Shown: positions 12,921-24,700, numbered from the stretch's first letter. The stretch: DNA of 64,000 nt from Rhodosorus marinus CCMP1338 (GCA_029953675.1 JAMWBK010000005.1:806001-870000), one strand, 5' to 3'. Made by a program: numbers and translations. Notes: a model not told the origin generated them from the letters alone.

Positions 12921-15900
12921 ATGCCCGCGGTTGCTCAACTACTAGAGCAACAACAGCGGATGACGGAGCAGCTTGTGCAAGCGTTGCAGGAACAGGAACA
13001 GCTACAACAACAGCAGCAGCAGCAACAGCTACAACAACAGCAACAGCTACAACAACAGCAACAGCTACAACAACAGCAAGGAGCTCGATCGGGACGACTA
13101 CCAACGAAATCTGAGTCCCCGACTTTCGACGGTACTTCAGACGTCGAGACATTCATAATGATCCGTTTATTCATAAGCGAGCTCGAGCACCTAAAGGCCG
13201 TTTATGCCCTCGAGGAGGACAGTAACTTGCTTTCCATCGCGGTTCGAGGGCTTGCAAAAACCGTTACCGAATGGTACCGCACCCTCCCCGTGACACAACG
13301 GGCAACGTGGGCAGCGTTGCAAGTTGCCCTGCGAACGCGATTCGCGAGCCACAACCAGGATGTAGAACTGGCGGTGAAACTAACGAGGATACGCCAACGT
13401 GAAGGGTCAACAGTCAACGAGTACGCCACGGAGTTTGAATCCACGCTGGACCATCTCCGAAGGTATGACCCTGAATGCCTCAGCGAGTTTATGCAGACCC
13501 AACTCTTCATAATGGGCTTACGGACGTACCAACAAACGTACGTAAGAGCTCTACGCCGGACAACGTTTCAGCGAGCGATCGAATTTTTTTTTGGCGGTGT
13601 CAATACCCGAAGAGACATCTGGGTCGAGGCGGAAGGTGATGAAGGCGTGGGGTAAAAACGAACGGACGGCCAGGACAAGTCATGACCAGCACGAGATCGT
13701 CTCCCAACCGCCACCTCACCTGGATGCACCAGTACCAATGGCAGTTGGAACAGTGCGCGGGCCGCGGCAACGACGTCAGGGCCAGAAAAGTAGGGTGAAC
13801 ATCGTGGAGGCACCGTCTGGCAAGAAAGATGGGAGTGAAGACCCGGCAACCCGGGTATTGACCATCTTTCAGGAAGCTGACGTCCCCGACCAACGGCAAC
13901 CGTTGTTGCGGATCCCGGCAGAAGTAGGCGGCGTCAAGGTCAATGCGATCGAGGACAGCGGAGCGCAGGTGAACCTCATGACGACCGCGGCAGCCGCGAA
14001 GATGAAAATTACGGTGCCTAAGGAGACCGAATCGCTGAGTGCAGCGTTCGGACAGGCATTCCGCGTAGGTATAGTCAGAAGGATTACGGCGGAGTGTACA
14101 CCCAAGTGGCGCAGTCAGGAGACGTTCCGAGTCGCGAAACGGGGAGTGCCCGAAGTCATCCTGGGATTACCCTGGTTAAAGCGCAGCCGCGTAATAATCC
14201 ACCGAGGTGACGGGTTGCTGACGGCGGTCAACGATCTAGGGCAGGACGAATCACTACGGTGCCTCAAACTTCAGCCTACGCCGTTTAACATCACGGAGGT
14301 GCTCCTGGTCGGACGAAAGGACGTAGCAGTCGGCGGTGACGAGAACATCGGTTTTCTCCAAATCCGCGCAATTGATACTCCGGGGACGACGAAGGAAGTG
14401 AGCGTAGCCGAGAAGGAGCTACGGAGAGAGTTCGATGAGCTCTTCGTCGATACGTTGGCGAAACTACCGCCACATCGGGAGCAGGACGCAGCAATTGAAA
14501 CGGGCAACGCGAAGCCGGTGTTCAAGTGCGGGTACCGACTATCGCCATTGGAGCGGCGAGAGTTGAAGACTCAGCTGGAGGACCTCATCGAGAAAGGCTT
14601 CATAACCCCTTCCAACAGCCAATGGGGGGCCCCAGTGCTTTTCGTAAAAAAGAAAACGGGCGAGTTACGTTTGTGTGTTGACTACCGCGCATTGAACAAG
14701 GTCACCGAGCGGTTAAAATATCCGTTGCCAAAAATAGACGAGCTCTTGGACCAACTGGCGGGTGCTGCTATTTTTAGTAAACTCGATCTACGGAGTGGGT
14801 ACTAGCAGCTGCGGATACGGGAGGAAGATGAACCAAAAACGGCCTTTGTGTCGGAATTCGGCCATTATCAATGGCGTGTGGCACCGTTTGGGTTGACTTC
14901 CTTACCCGCCTACTTCTCGCGATTGATGTCGGACATCCTACGGCGTTTCATCGGCCGGTTTGTAGTGGTGTATCTCGACGATATCCTTGTCTACGCCCGT
15001 AATGAGGAAGAACACGAAGAACACCTCCGACAGGTCTTCCTGGAGCTGAGGCGACATCACCTAGACCTACATCCGGTAAAGACAGAGCTATTTCTTGACG
15101 CGGTGGCATATCTGGGGTTCCGCGTCGAAAACGGCGGCGTCTCCATCGACCAGAGCAAGGTAGACGCGATCCGGAAGTTAGCGGTTCCCCAATCAGTTAA
15201 GGGGGTTCGATCGATCATGGGCCTACTTTCGTACTTTCGTCGATTTAGGCGAAACTTCTCAACCCTAGCAGCTCCCCTAACCGAGTTGCTTAAGGATGGG
15301 AAGCCCTTCGAAATCATGGTAGTAGTACATACTGCATTCGAGAAACTTAAGGCGCTGATATGCAGTGCGCCCATCTTGAGACTCCCAGACCTTGATCATC
15401 TTCAGTTCGAGGTAACAACTGACGCCTCGGACATAGGATTGGGAGGGATGCTGACGCAGGGTGGAAATCCGGTGGCATTCAAAAGTAGTAAATTTACAGA
15501 CACCGAGCGAAGGTACCCAGTTCACGAGCGGGAAATGTATGGGATCGTGTATTGTCTGTTCAAATGGCGACACTTCCTGGAGGGAGCCCGGACTACGGTG
15601 TTCACGGACAACGCCGTGCTCACCTATATGAACACGAAGGTACCGCCCTCGCGCCGGATGACCCGTTACCTGGAACAACTATCTCGGTTCGATTACGAGA
15701 TAAAACACTTGCCCGGCAGGTCGAACGTCGTGGCGGATGCGTTGTCACGCTTGTCTGAAGTAAATCTGTTGACCACGGCGCAACTCACGATGTATGCGCG
15801 AGAAGGAAAGGAGACAGGTCTGACCGCTGAGGAGCAATCCGTGATGCGCAAGGAGATGGAAGGCGTCGTCTTCGACGCTGCTACAGGAGTATACACTCGA

Positions 15901-17044
15901 GAAATTGATGGCCAAGCACGTATTTGGGTCGAGGCCCGAAAATCGGAGCGACGCGCTAGCAGATGCGCACCAGGCGTTGGGACACCTATCGGCAAGAGCG
16001 CTTTACGAACACCTGCGAAGCAAACTTTGGTGGAGGACGCTGAGGGCGGACGTTTACACAGCCGTACGACATTGCCCTCGCTGTCAATTGAATCAGGTGC
16101 AGGCTCCGTTGGCTCGGAAGGCACCACTGCATCCTCTACCTACGAAAGCCATCTTCACCCGGTGGCATCTCGACTTCATAGGACGATTACCGAAGGCGCA
16201 CGGCTCTGGAAATCAGTGGATTCTTGTCGCAGTAGAGTCCCTGAAACCTTGGTCGGTAGTAAGGGCAATGCCGGAAGCGACGCAGGCAAACGTCGCCAAG
16301 TTCATTAACGAAGAGATAGTGTGCCCATTCGGAGCTGCAGTTCAAATATTAACCGACCGAGGCGCTAATTTCCGGTCGAAAGTGGTGAAGGAGTATCTGC
16401 GACTGCTGCCAACTGCCCAACCATTTACTAGTAGTTACCACCCTCGGACGAATTCGACGGCGGAACGGTGGAACCGGACGTTCCAGGAGGTGCTCGTGAA
16501 ATTAACGAACGGAGCAGTGACGAGCTGGGATGGCTTTATCCACCAGGCGAACATGGCGCTGGGAATGCGGACCAGTAGGGTCACCGGCATCGTACGAGAT
16601 CCTATATGGGGTGAAACCGCGAATCCCCGGACTGGCGCAGCTATTGTTCGATGCTGTAGACGAAGATGTTTCTCTTCAGGCGCGAGTCAAACAACTAGAG
16701 CAACTGGGTCGAGAACGCGAAGCTGTCACGCTGAGGACAGAAGCCGCAAAAAAACAAATCGCACGTTACTATGACTGGAAGGTGAAGGCGGACCCACTGA
16801 AACCGGGAGAATTCGTCTTGCTCACGAACGAGGTGAAAACGAAAGGCACGTACCTCCACATCGGACCCTTCCGAGTCTTGGAGCGCCGATTATTCGACAC
16901 GTACTGACTAGCTGAGCCAGATGGGACGCCGCTCAAGACCTTGGTTCATCGTGATCGTATGAAGCGAGCCCAGGCCAACAAGGAAGTGCGGAGTTATTGG
17001 TACCATCCCACAAAGGATGAGCTGGGGGAGCTGCGCGGCGAATA
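12921..17044 (+). pseudogene. gag-pol of Ty3/gypsy (retrotransposon gag with poly-Q, aspartic protease, RT, RNase H, integrase), disrupted
   Basis: Protease [11 protein letters not shown]; [25 protein letters not shown] (TGG to TAG at 14803) and VYLDDIL; RNase H TDASDIGLGG and VVADALSR; integrase HQALGH...CPRC, WHLDFIG, ILTDRGANF and AERWNRT. Frameshifts near 13590, 15950 and 16600. Confidence 0.95.
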
Positions 17045-17098
17045 GCACCAGACAAAACTCAAATTCGGGAGGACCGTGAGTCTGAGTTGGCGGGGGTA

Positions 17099-17263
17099 TG
17101 TTGGCGCACGGTTGTAGCCGGACAGAGCGACACCATCAGGGCCTGGCGGACAACGGAGAAAGCCAGGGAGACGTCAGCCTAGGCGAGAGCAAGGGGGAAA
17201 AATTCTTTGGACTTATCAAGCAACTCTTCGTGAGGGGGGACACTTGGGCGAAAAGATCCAATA
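17099..17263 (+). repeat. 3' LTR of Ty3/gypsy element (165 bp)
   Basis: Starts TGTTGG after a G-rich PPT and ends CCAATA, followed by GAAGT. Confidence 0.95.
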
Positions 17264-17694
17264 GAAGTTTGAACCGTACAAGACATCGATCATTTCCACG
17301 GTATAGTAGATTATTTAAGTAGGAGATATCAACCCTAATTGTCAGGGAATAAAGAAACCATCGAAGTTTGGCTGACGGGACTTGATCAAGGTTGGGAAAC
17401 CCGGAAAAACGCAACATCTCGAATCGACTTCTACTTTTGTCTCTGATTTAACTTCTTTTTCCTAACTCTTTCAAACTAGCTTCTTCAACCTGTTCTTCCT
17501 ACTGCTAACGGTGAGAGAGATGTCATAGTTACGATATATATAGGTAAGGTTACCGTGCCAAATCTTGTCATCATTCTCCACTTTAGTCCCTCCAACCACG
17601 CTATGTTTAGCCCTCCGCAGTGCTAGGCCGTGCTAGGTTTAGCACTCTGGCCCTGCTACTGAAAAACCCGCCTCTTCAGGACGTGACAAGATTA

Positions 17695-19257
17695 TGTGAG
17701 AACCTGCCCTGACAGCTGTGTAATCCGTTTATGTTTTAGTGTCAGGTACCTATTTTAGTGCAAGACGTCAATGTTTTAGTATTCACTAATTTCTACTTTA
17801 CTGTCATGTATGTTTTAGTTTACAGAAACCGAGACTTTATAAGTCCTAGCTTTGCTGGATATTGATATTGAGACCTAGAATTGAGTAAAGACAAGTTGGT
17901 TCAAAGAGTTCTGACAAAGTGGTCTCATCGCTTAAAAGGCGATTAAGGGAAGGAAAGGGAGAGAACCAGGGGCCGACTTCACAATGGCAACATTTGCGAT
18001 TCCTCAGCCCGAACCATACGACGGGCGGCGGGACTTTGCAAAGGTTCAAACGTTTTTGGCGTCGCGCCAAGGTTATTTACAGTTCCACAACGTTGACGAC
18101 GCAGGGCGCCAGACGGTCCGGTACGTGGGTCTCTTCCTCAAGGACCAGGCCCAGACGTGGTACCAAGGGCTTCCGCGATCGTCGGATGGTTTGCCAACGA
18201 CCTTGGAATCGCTAGACGACTTCGAGCTGGCCCTGTGTGCAAAGTTCCAGCCACAAGATCACGTGGAACGTGTACGGGCGCAACTGCGCAATGCCAGACA
18301 ACGGGGCCCCGACGTTGCACGGTTCATCGACTACCTCGATGAACTCTTCATGCAGCTCGGGGAGCACATCAACGATTCCGAAAAGCTCGAAAGACTCAAG
18401 GCGGGCTTAACCGGGCGGGAACGTGATTTCGTATATTACAGCCGCCCCCGAAGCTGTGTTGAGGCCAAACAGACTGCTCTCAGCATATCCGGGGCGGTTC
18501 CTGATACTACAACGCAGCAGAATACCGTACAATCCGAACCTGCCACTCACGAAACTCCTTCAATACAACCCTCTCGACCGCACACGCGAAGTATGGGACC
18601 GCTGAAACCTCTCATATGCCACAGGTGCCAAGAGGAGGGGCACGTCAAGAAGGACTGCCCTCAGCGACTGGCCTATCTTCAGGCAGAGTTGGAGAGACTA
18701 TCTCGCATTCAGGAAAACTGAGGGACTCCGGACGAGGGATGCCGTCCGTGAGTCAGGCTCGCAGCATCCCACCATGCGTTGCGCTGGAGCGGAAAGACAC
18801 CGGACTCCTCGCGACAATTCACGAGCACGCGGAGGAAAAGATCGCGGGAGGAGCTTACCGACAAATGTAAGATGGGGTTCAGTACCCTCCGAGAAGGATC
18901 TGAAGGAGAAGAGGTGTGCACCGACGAAGGCGAACCGGGGTTCGGTGGTACACTCCGAAAAGATTTTCCCGAGATGACCGAAGAATGCTCGATGCTCTTC
19001 CTGCAATGTCTTGAGTTTGTGCCCAAACTCGGCGGGAGGAATGTGAGAACCTCACCTGACGGCTGTGTAATCCGTCTATGTTTTAGTGTCAGGCACCTAT
19101 TTTAGTGCAAGACGTCAATGTTTTAGTATACACTAGTTTCTACTTTACTGTCAAGTATGTTTTAGTTTACAGTAACCGAGGCTATATAAGGCCTAGCTTT
19201 GCTAGATCTTGAGACCTAGAATTGAGTAAAGACTGGTTGGTTCGAAGAGTTCTAACA
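17695..19257 (+). mobile_element. Gag-only non-autonomous LTR retrotransposon (TR-GAG/TRIM-like)
   Basis: TG...CA LTRs at 17695-17916 and 19042-19257 (~91% identical). Perfect 5-bp TSD GATTA (17690-17694, 19258-19262). PBS-like TGGTCTCATCGC at 17920 and PPT GGCGGGAGGAA at 19031. No pol sequence. Confidence 0.93.
17984..18721 (+). CDS. Retrotransposon Gag with CCHC zinc knuckle (245 aa, intact)
   Basis: PEPYDGRRD capsid-type N-terminus, ARQRG..VARFI..LDELF and CHRCQEEGHVKKDC. Confidence 0.92.
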   Translation: MATFAIPQPEPYDGRRDFAKVQTFLASRQGYLQFHNVDDAGRQTVRYVGLFLKDQAQTWYQGLPRSSDGLPTTLESLDDFELALCAKFQPQDHVERVRAQLRNARQRGPDVARFIDYLDELFMQLGEHINDSEKLERLKAGLTGRERDFVYYSRPRSCVEAKQTALSISGAVPDTTTQQNTVQSEPATHETPSIQPSRPHTRSMGPLKPLICHRCQEEGHVKKDCPQRLAYLQAELERLSRIQEN

Positions 19258-20713
19258 GATTACTTCTGATCTCGACAGGCTGTCAAGATCAAGCAAGAAC
19301 CACCTTTGGGATCCCACCGAAAAGTGTAATCACAACCTCGCATATTGTTGAAAATCAAACCTTAGTCCAGTCGGCAGACGACCATGCACTAAAAAAGATG
19401 AAAAACTCATTGAAAAATCGGACGCAATCGGTCGTTATCGGACTATTTATCGGAGAAAAAAGAAAAAGTTTTTCTTTTATATCCATGCGGGTGTCTGATA
19501 AAATCATATCAGACGGGGGTCTACAGAGTACTCTCAGTACAATTTATTATTACTAGATACAGGTCCGATAAACGTTTATCGGACACAATCGGACCTTTTT
19601 TTTATCGGACGGAAATGACAAAACTCGACTTTTAGGTTTGAAAAACGATTACACAAATGAGGCAAATTGTTCATGAATACATAAAATAAATTGCAAAATA
19701 GGGCAAGCTCAAGGTTCCACTAAGGTGCCAGAATGCGCCCTAAACGCTAGGGCTACCATCAAATTTTTTGTCATTCTCGAAATGAGGCAAGATAGCTCCT
19801 TGCCTCATTGCCCTATTCTCCCACGGGCCCACAAGCAAAATGAAGCTTTTCGCTTAGGATATTGTTTTACAAATATAATTGGAAGGTCCATTTTTTGAAC
19901 GGTTCTCATGAAATGTTGATTTCTGATGAACGAAAAGGGGATATGATTTTGTTAGTAAATTCGTACTAATGTGCTCACTTGTTTTTTACTTCGCCATTTT
20001 GATCTGGTTTTGTCGGTTGAGATGGCTGTTCCTCAGCCGTATGAGGGAGAGTTAGGTGCATTTTGAGGGGATCTTGGTTCCTTTTTTCCCCGAAAACCTT
20101 CTGGGAAAATTATAGGCGCGACGGATCGCGTCGTTTGAGATTGCGGTGACTGTGTTTCTTAATAGGAAGCGTCTCGGTACTCTGGAAGTTTGGTGGATGA
20201 TGTCCTGTTCAGGAAGTTCTGAGGTCGGTTTGTTGCGTAGACGCAATAGCTCATCAAGTGCGAATTCGGGAACTTTCCATAAACTAGAGTAGACGGCAGG
20301 GAGGTGGTTGTTTCCATCTGCTATACCGTTGTATGCAGCTCGACGTTGATGTTGATCGCTGGGGTAGCCGAGGGCTTCTGCTGCACGCAATGTGCACATG
20401 CCTTCAACTTACGCGGCTCCAGTGGAAGAGCATTAAATTGTCTCCGAACGTTGCGATGTGAGGAACCTCATAAGAATGCACCTCCAGGTGTCCAATAATT
20501 TAAAAACAGAGTCAAAAAATTTATACTACAGGCGTCGATAGTGCTTAATTCGAAAACATTTTCGCGACCACTATGAAATTAGAGAAGTAACAAACCTGTA
20601 CACGATCACGGCCTCAACGTCTAAACATCATTAGAGCAGTTGCGCTCCTTAAATTAAGCGAACAGATAACACAAACTATCACAAAACAAATTTGTTGCCG
20701 ATCTCCCTCGTTA

Positions 20714-21412
20714 CTATCTCATGCTTCCAAAGGCATCGTTCACCGGCGTTCTCGGATGCGCATCTACCGATCGGGGGACGGAGATCGTTGGATTCCTGCC
20801 GACTGGATGCGAACTCAATAATGACAGCGGAGGGATCCGCGGAGGCTTGACCTCCAAAGACGGCAAGTCCGATGGAGCGAAGTGGGGCTCAGCAATCGAG
20901 CCAAGAAGGCTGATATTCGGTGTGCTCGGACTTGTTAGCTCAGAAAGATTCATCTTTGGCAGTTCGCAATCCGCGCTGATCTTACTCCTCAGGCTTCTTC
21001 TGTCGTGGTTCATCACTGACCAAGTGCCAACCTCGACAGTTAACAGCTCCGGCAGGACGACATCGTTGTCGGCAGCTGAAGAACCTAGAGATGCCCGCAT
21101 ACTTGTGTTTGCTCTGTCACCAGGCAAGGTAAAACTCCTCGGGGCAGGTCGCCGTGCACCAAACGCGTTCGGTTCAATTCCGGGCTGCCACTTCGGAGCT
21201 TCCTTCACGTTCCCCTCAGCTCCAATGTCTGCAGTTCCCATCCCTCCATGGGGCGGATACGGAGCTGGAACCTCGTGAGTTGCGACGATACGATCTCCGA
21301 GACCTTTCTCAGTCGAAGTCTTATCAACCTCCGCCCATTGCAACCTTCTCTTCCTCCTCTCACCTTCCCCAGTAAACCAAGAATGCTTCTTGCCCAAAGT
21401 TCTATCCCCCAT
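20714..21412 (-). CDS. Hypothetical protein (232 aa, Pro/Ser-rich)
   Basis: ATG-initiated 232-codon ORF preceded on its own strand by the G/T-rich tract seen upstream of other genes in this window. No domain recognised. Confidence 0.5.
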   Translation of the reverse strand: MGDRTLGKKHSWFTGEGERRKRRLQWAEVDKTSTEKGLGDRIVATHEVPAPYPPHGGMGTADIGAEGNVKEAPKWQPGIEPNAFGARRPAPRSFTLPGDRANTSMRASLGSSAADNDVVLPELLTVEVGTWSVMNHDRRSLRSKISADCELPKMNLSELTSPSTPNISLLGSIAEPHFAPSDLPSLEVKPPRIPPLSLLSSHPVGRNPTISVPRSVDAHPRTPVNDAFGSMR

Positions 21413-23589
21413 TTTGCCTAACTACTCCCCAATCTAATGTAACAAACCCCCCAACCCCCTCCCCTTGCGAAAAAAGTGAGCTCCGGTTCCCCTTGCCCGA
21501 AAAATAAAAGGAGCTCCAAACCGCCTCCTCCGCTAGACCGCAACCCCTAAAACGCCCCTGCCCAAACCTTCCCACTCTCTAAACCACCACTCCCACTTCC
21601 AACGTCATTTGCCTTCCCTCTCGAACGAAGAGAAACCACGCAAAAAGCTTGCGCACCACAGCGCACCAAAAACTCTCGCCCCCTCAGCTCTTTAAGCCGG
21701 TTCCCCGCCCCACCACTCTCCCCCCAAAAAAAGCAAGCAAAAGGTAACCTCCCTGAAAACTATCTGCGAAAAAGCGAAACACCAAAACAGACACACGTCC
21801 GTCTATTCTATAACCATACGTGACCCTAGCAACCAAGAGCAAAACAAAAACTCTCAAGGGGACCCTGAACGCTTCACGAACACCCCTTCACATCACCAGC
21901 CTCATCTCCAACCTCTTAACCCACACAACACAACGCTCGGTTCCTTACGTTTCCCCGCCACCGCCAACCCCCTTGCCCCCCCCTTTCACTAGCAGTGTTT
22001 ATATATTGCACCTGGTTAAAACAGCCCAAAACTACTCTCCTCTTCTAACGAAACGAAACGAAAGTGTTCGCATTCCACATCTCCCTATGCTAAAAAAAGG
22101 GAGAAAACAGCCCATCAACGTTGAGTAATTCCCTCCCCTCTTTTTTTATGAAGGAAACTTATTTATCATGATCGAGCGAACCTATTCAGTTGGCCTTCCA
22201 AAATTGACCAGAGAAAAAACAATTCCTTTCTAGACAATTCCAGCCTTTTTCTTTTGCCCCTTGGACTTGCCCATCGTCACCCCCCCCCCCGGCTTACCTC
22301 TTTTGTTCTTTATTTGTGGACCTCTCCACGTTTGAGGAGAAACAGCAACATCATGACTGAATATTACAGACAATCAATAACTCCCCCCTGTTAGAGATTC
22401 ACATATCTATTCTCTTACAAAATTAGTTTGGTGATCAGAGATCGTCGAAGTTCCTCCCGCCCCCCCCTCCCCCCGCTTTCGCCTCCAACCGTTAAACTTT
22501 GTGAGATTGGGGAAAAAAAACAAAATCACACCCAAGGAAATCCCTTCCCCCCCACCCCCACCTTTCTTACTGGAGACAAGCGTTCAGTGGCCCTCTCTCC
22601 CCCCCTCGCCCTAGCAAACATTTCACCCGTTGTGCGATTAATCCACCCCGGGGGTCTATCTTGTCAAAGCTCCGCAACTTTTTTTCAATGAAATTTATTC
22701 TAAAACAGCTCGCTTTTATGTCTCGAGTCCTCCTCTGATAAAAAAAACGTTTAATGAAAAAATTCCAATAAAACTTCGAAAATTTGAGAACAAGCTTAAG
22801 TGTTTTAATTGGAGGAAGGTCGGTACTGGGGGTCCTATGGAAAGCTTCTCAATTGAAAATCATTTGGGTTTTTGCTTTATTCAGGTAAATGGGCTCCTCT
22901 AGAATTTACGCATCAGACTTTCCCAGAGATTTCCACTTCCAATTAAATTTGGTATGTAAGGGCCCTGCAAGGTGTCGGTCTTAATTAGATATATTTGGGT
23001 GGGAAAGGGGTTACGTGGAGAGTACACACCATGATGGACTGCTAGGGAGAGGGTGGTAAGCGGTTTAAGGAAGATAAGGACAAAAAAACAAAAACCGGTG
23101 TGCTTGATGGAGAAGACAAAAGGGGGCGGAGATGATGTTGACCGGATGATAGAACGTTCAATAATCCAGAAACTAGCCTCTCGTCCGGAGTGATGTCCCG
23201 ATGCTTCACATGAGGACGCTCCGGTTTTTTTTTCTCGTCCCTTGGATGAGTAGGCTCTTGTCACAAGTGCAATGAGCTTGTACGGTCGCTCGACCGTGCA
23301 CGATCAGGGGTTGATCTTCAGATCCGAAGCCGTCAAAATAAACGAATATGCGTTGTGGGAGTGAGAATTCGTATGCTCCTCGAGGGCTCAACAACGTCGC
23401 GGTCCATACATGCTTCAGTCCATGGGTCTCCTAAGTCCTGAATGAATGAGTGTAGACGAGGACCGACAAAAACCCTACTGAAGGCGAAGATCACGGTGCC
23501 TCCAACTTCCAAGCAGCGCTCATACGCCACAACGGGCAACTCAAACGGGTTGACGTCTTAGCGCTCCACAGTTTGTGGTTTACAGTAAA

Positions 23590-24260
23590 GTGATGGTTTT
23601 ACTTTCTGATTGAATTTACATAATCGGAGGTTGAAAGAAAAAAATCGCAAGGGGAAAAAAAGACTAAGCGCGGCGAAGATCGCGCCTCCAACATCAAAGT
23701 AGCGTTCATACGCCACAGCAAGAAACTTAAACGGCTAAACAACGAGGACAGACTGTCAAGGCGTTCGCGGAACAATTCCCGAAGCCGAGGACCAACGGAA
23801 TCCAGAAACCCAAAGCACTCAATGACCAGAGGCACCAGGCGATGAGCTAGAGCCGAAGCACGAATGGCTGGGGAAGAAAAGGTGCCTGCATATTTCAACT
23901 CTTTGCGACGTCTCAAGAAACTTAACGGCTAAACAACGAGGACAGACAGTGGGCGTTCGCGGAACAATTCACGAAGCCAACGAGAACCAACGATATCCAT
24001 GAACCCAAAGCACTCAATCACCAGAGGTACCAGGCGATGAGCTGAATGAATTGGAGCTAGAGCCGAAGCACGAATGCCTTGGGAAGACAAGTCCCCCCGC
24101 ATATTTCAACTCTTTGCGACGTCTCATATTGGCAGCGGTAAATCCACGGCGCTCTCCCGCAGCCGGCAGATAGCAACGAGCCTGAGGATTAGGAGCAGCA
24201 AGATCAACGTAAGTCATACGGCGGCTATCGTCACAGGTGACCACGAGGTCAGCCACGCGG
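23590..24260 (-). mobile_element. Family B CRE-like non-LTR 3' fragments (RLE domain), two partial copies
   Basis: ADLVVTCDDSRRMTYVDLAAPNP and RRRKELKYAG...LVPLVIECFG, colinear with 34898-35590. Confidence 0.85.
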
Positions 24261-24326
24261 CGTTCATCATTCTGGTAGCCTGCGACAGGCAGGGGCTTCT
24301 CACTTTCAATTTCAAGACTTTTTAAG

Positions 24327-24700
24327 GTGGTGGTTTTACTGGCTTTATTAGCATAGCCTAAAGCGCTACGCAAACCGGTGTTACTAACATCGCCTGAAGC
24401 GCTAGGCAGGGCGTAAAAGGGAACTAGGAACTAGAGAGAAGAGCGTACAAGTCCAAGCGGCGGTGGCGCGCCTCGGCGAGCATGCTGCTAGAATATTGTA
24501 GAGAGCGACGCTTGAACGTCGTAGGAGTCCCAGATTTTCAACAGGATTGTCAGTAAAACATTTCCGCAGCAATTACAAGCTGGGCTTTGCCAGCTGCCTA
24601 AAACTTTCCAGAGTGAAAGGCCGGAACCAGTGATAACTGCCCTCTGCCCAGGGGGACTAGCCATGGTCTCGGCATATCGTCTTTCCTTCAGTCGGCAGGA
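24327..24700 (-). mobile_element. Decayed family A 3' fragments with two 3' motifs and an AAAACCACC tail
   Basis: Variants of the TAGCATAGCCTGAAGCGCTACGCAAGG motif at ~24350 and ~24390, followed by decayed RLE sequence. Confidence 0.7.

Larger units (their letters stand above)
12675..17263 (+). mobile_element. Ty3/gypsy LTR retrotransposon, full-length but decayed
   Basis: LTRs at 12675-12838 and 17099-17263 (~95% identical), primer-binding site (PBS) 12841-12856, polypurine tract (PPT) ~17089-17098, GAAGT at both flanks. Domain order is gag-PR-RT-RH-INT. Confidence 0.97.
11729..19832. mobile_element. Putative non-autonomous TIR DNA transposon (~1.9 kb net) hosting two nested LTR elements
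   Basis: 12-bp TIRs GTGGGACCGTGG (11729-11740) and CCACGGGCCCAC (19821-19832), 11/12 match. Flanking 8-bp repeats AAGCAAAG (11721-11728) and AAGCAAAA (19833-19840). GTCCGAT motifs cluster near the left end and ATCGGAC motifs near the right end. Confidence 0.55.

Noticed and set aside
12712-13174. Cys-rich and Val/Ala-rich or Thr-rich ORFs
   Set aside because: They are alternative-frame and antisense readings of the gag poly-Q repeat.
16900-17098. Chromodomain at the integrase C-terminus
   Set aside because: Only a GPF/Y-type segment (HIGPFRV...VHRDRMK) is seen. No YxVExI...YLVKWKG pattern is present.
17270-17420. Host gene disrupted by the gypsy insertion (76-codon ORF restored across the empty site on minus)
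   Set aside because: The ORF is short, has no recognisable motif and lies inside a probable non-autonomous transposon, so it is compatible with chance.
20052-20500. Small minus-strand gene
   Set aside because: A 115-codon ORF with no domain and ambiguous splicing is insufficient support.
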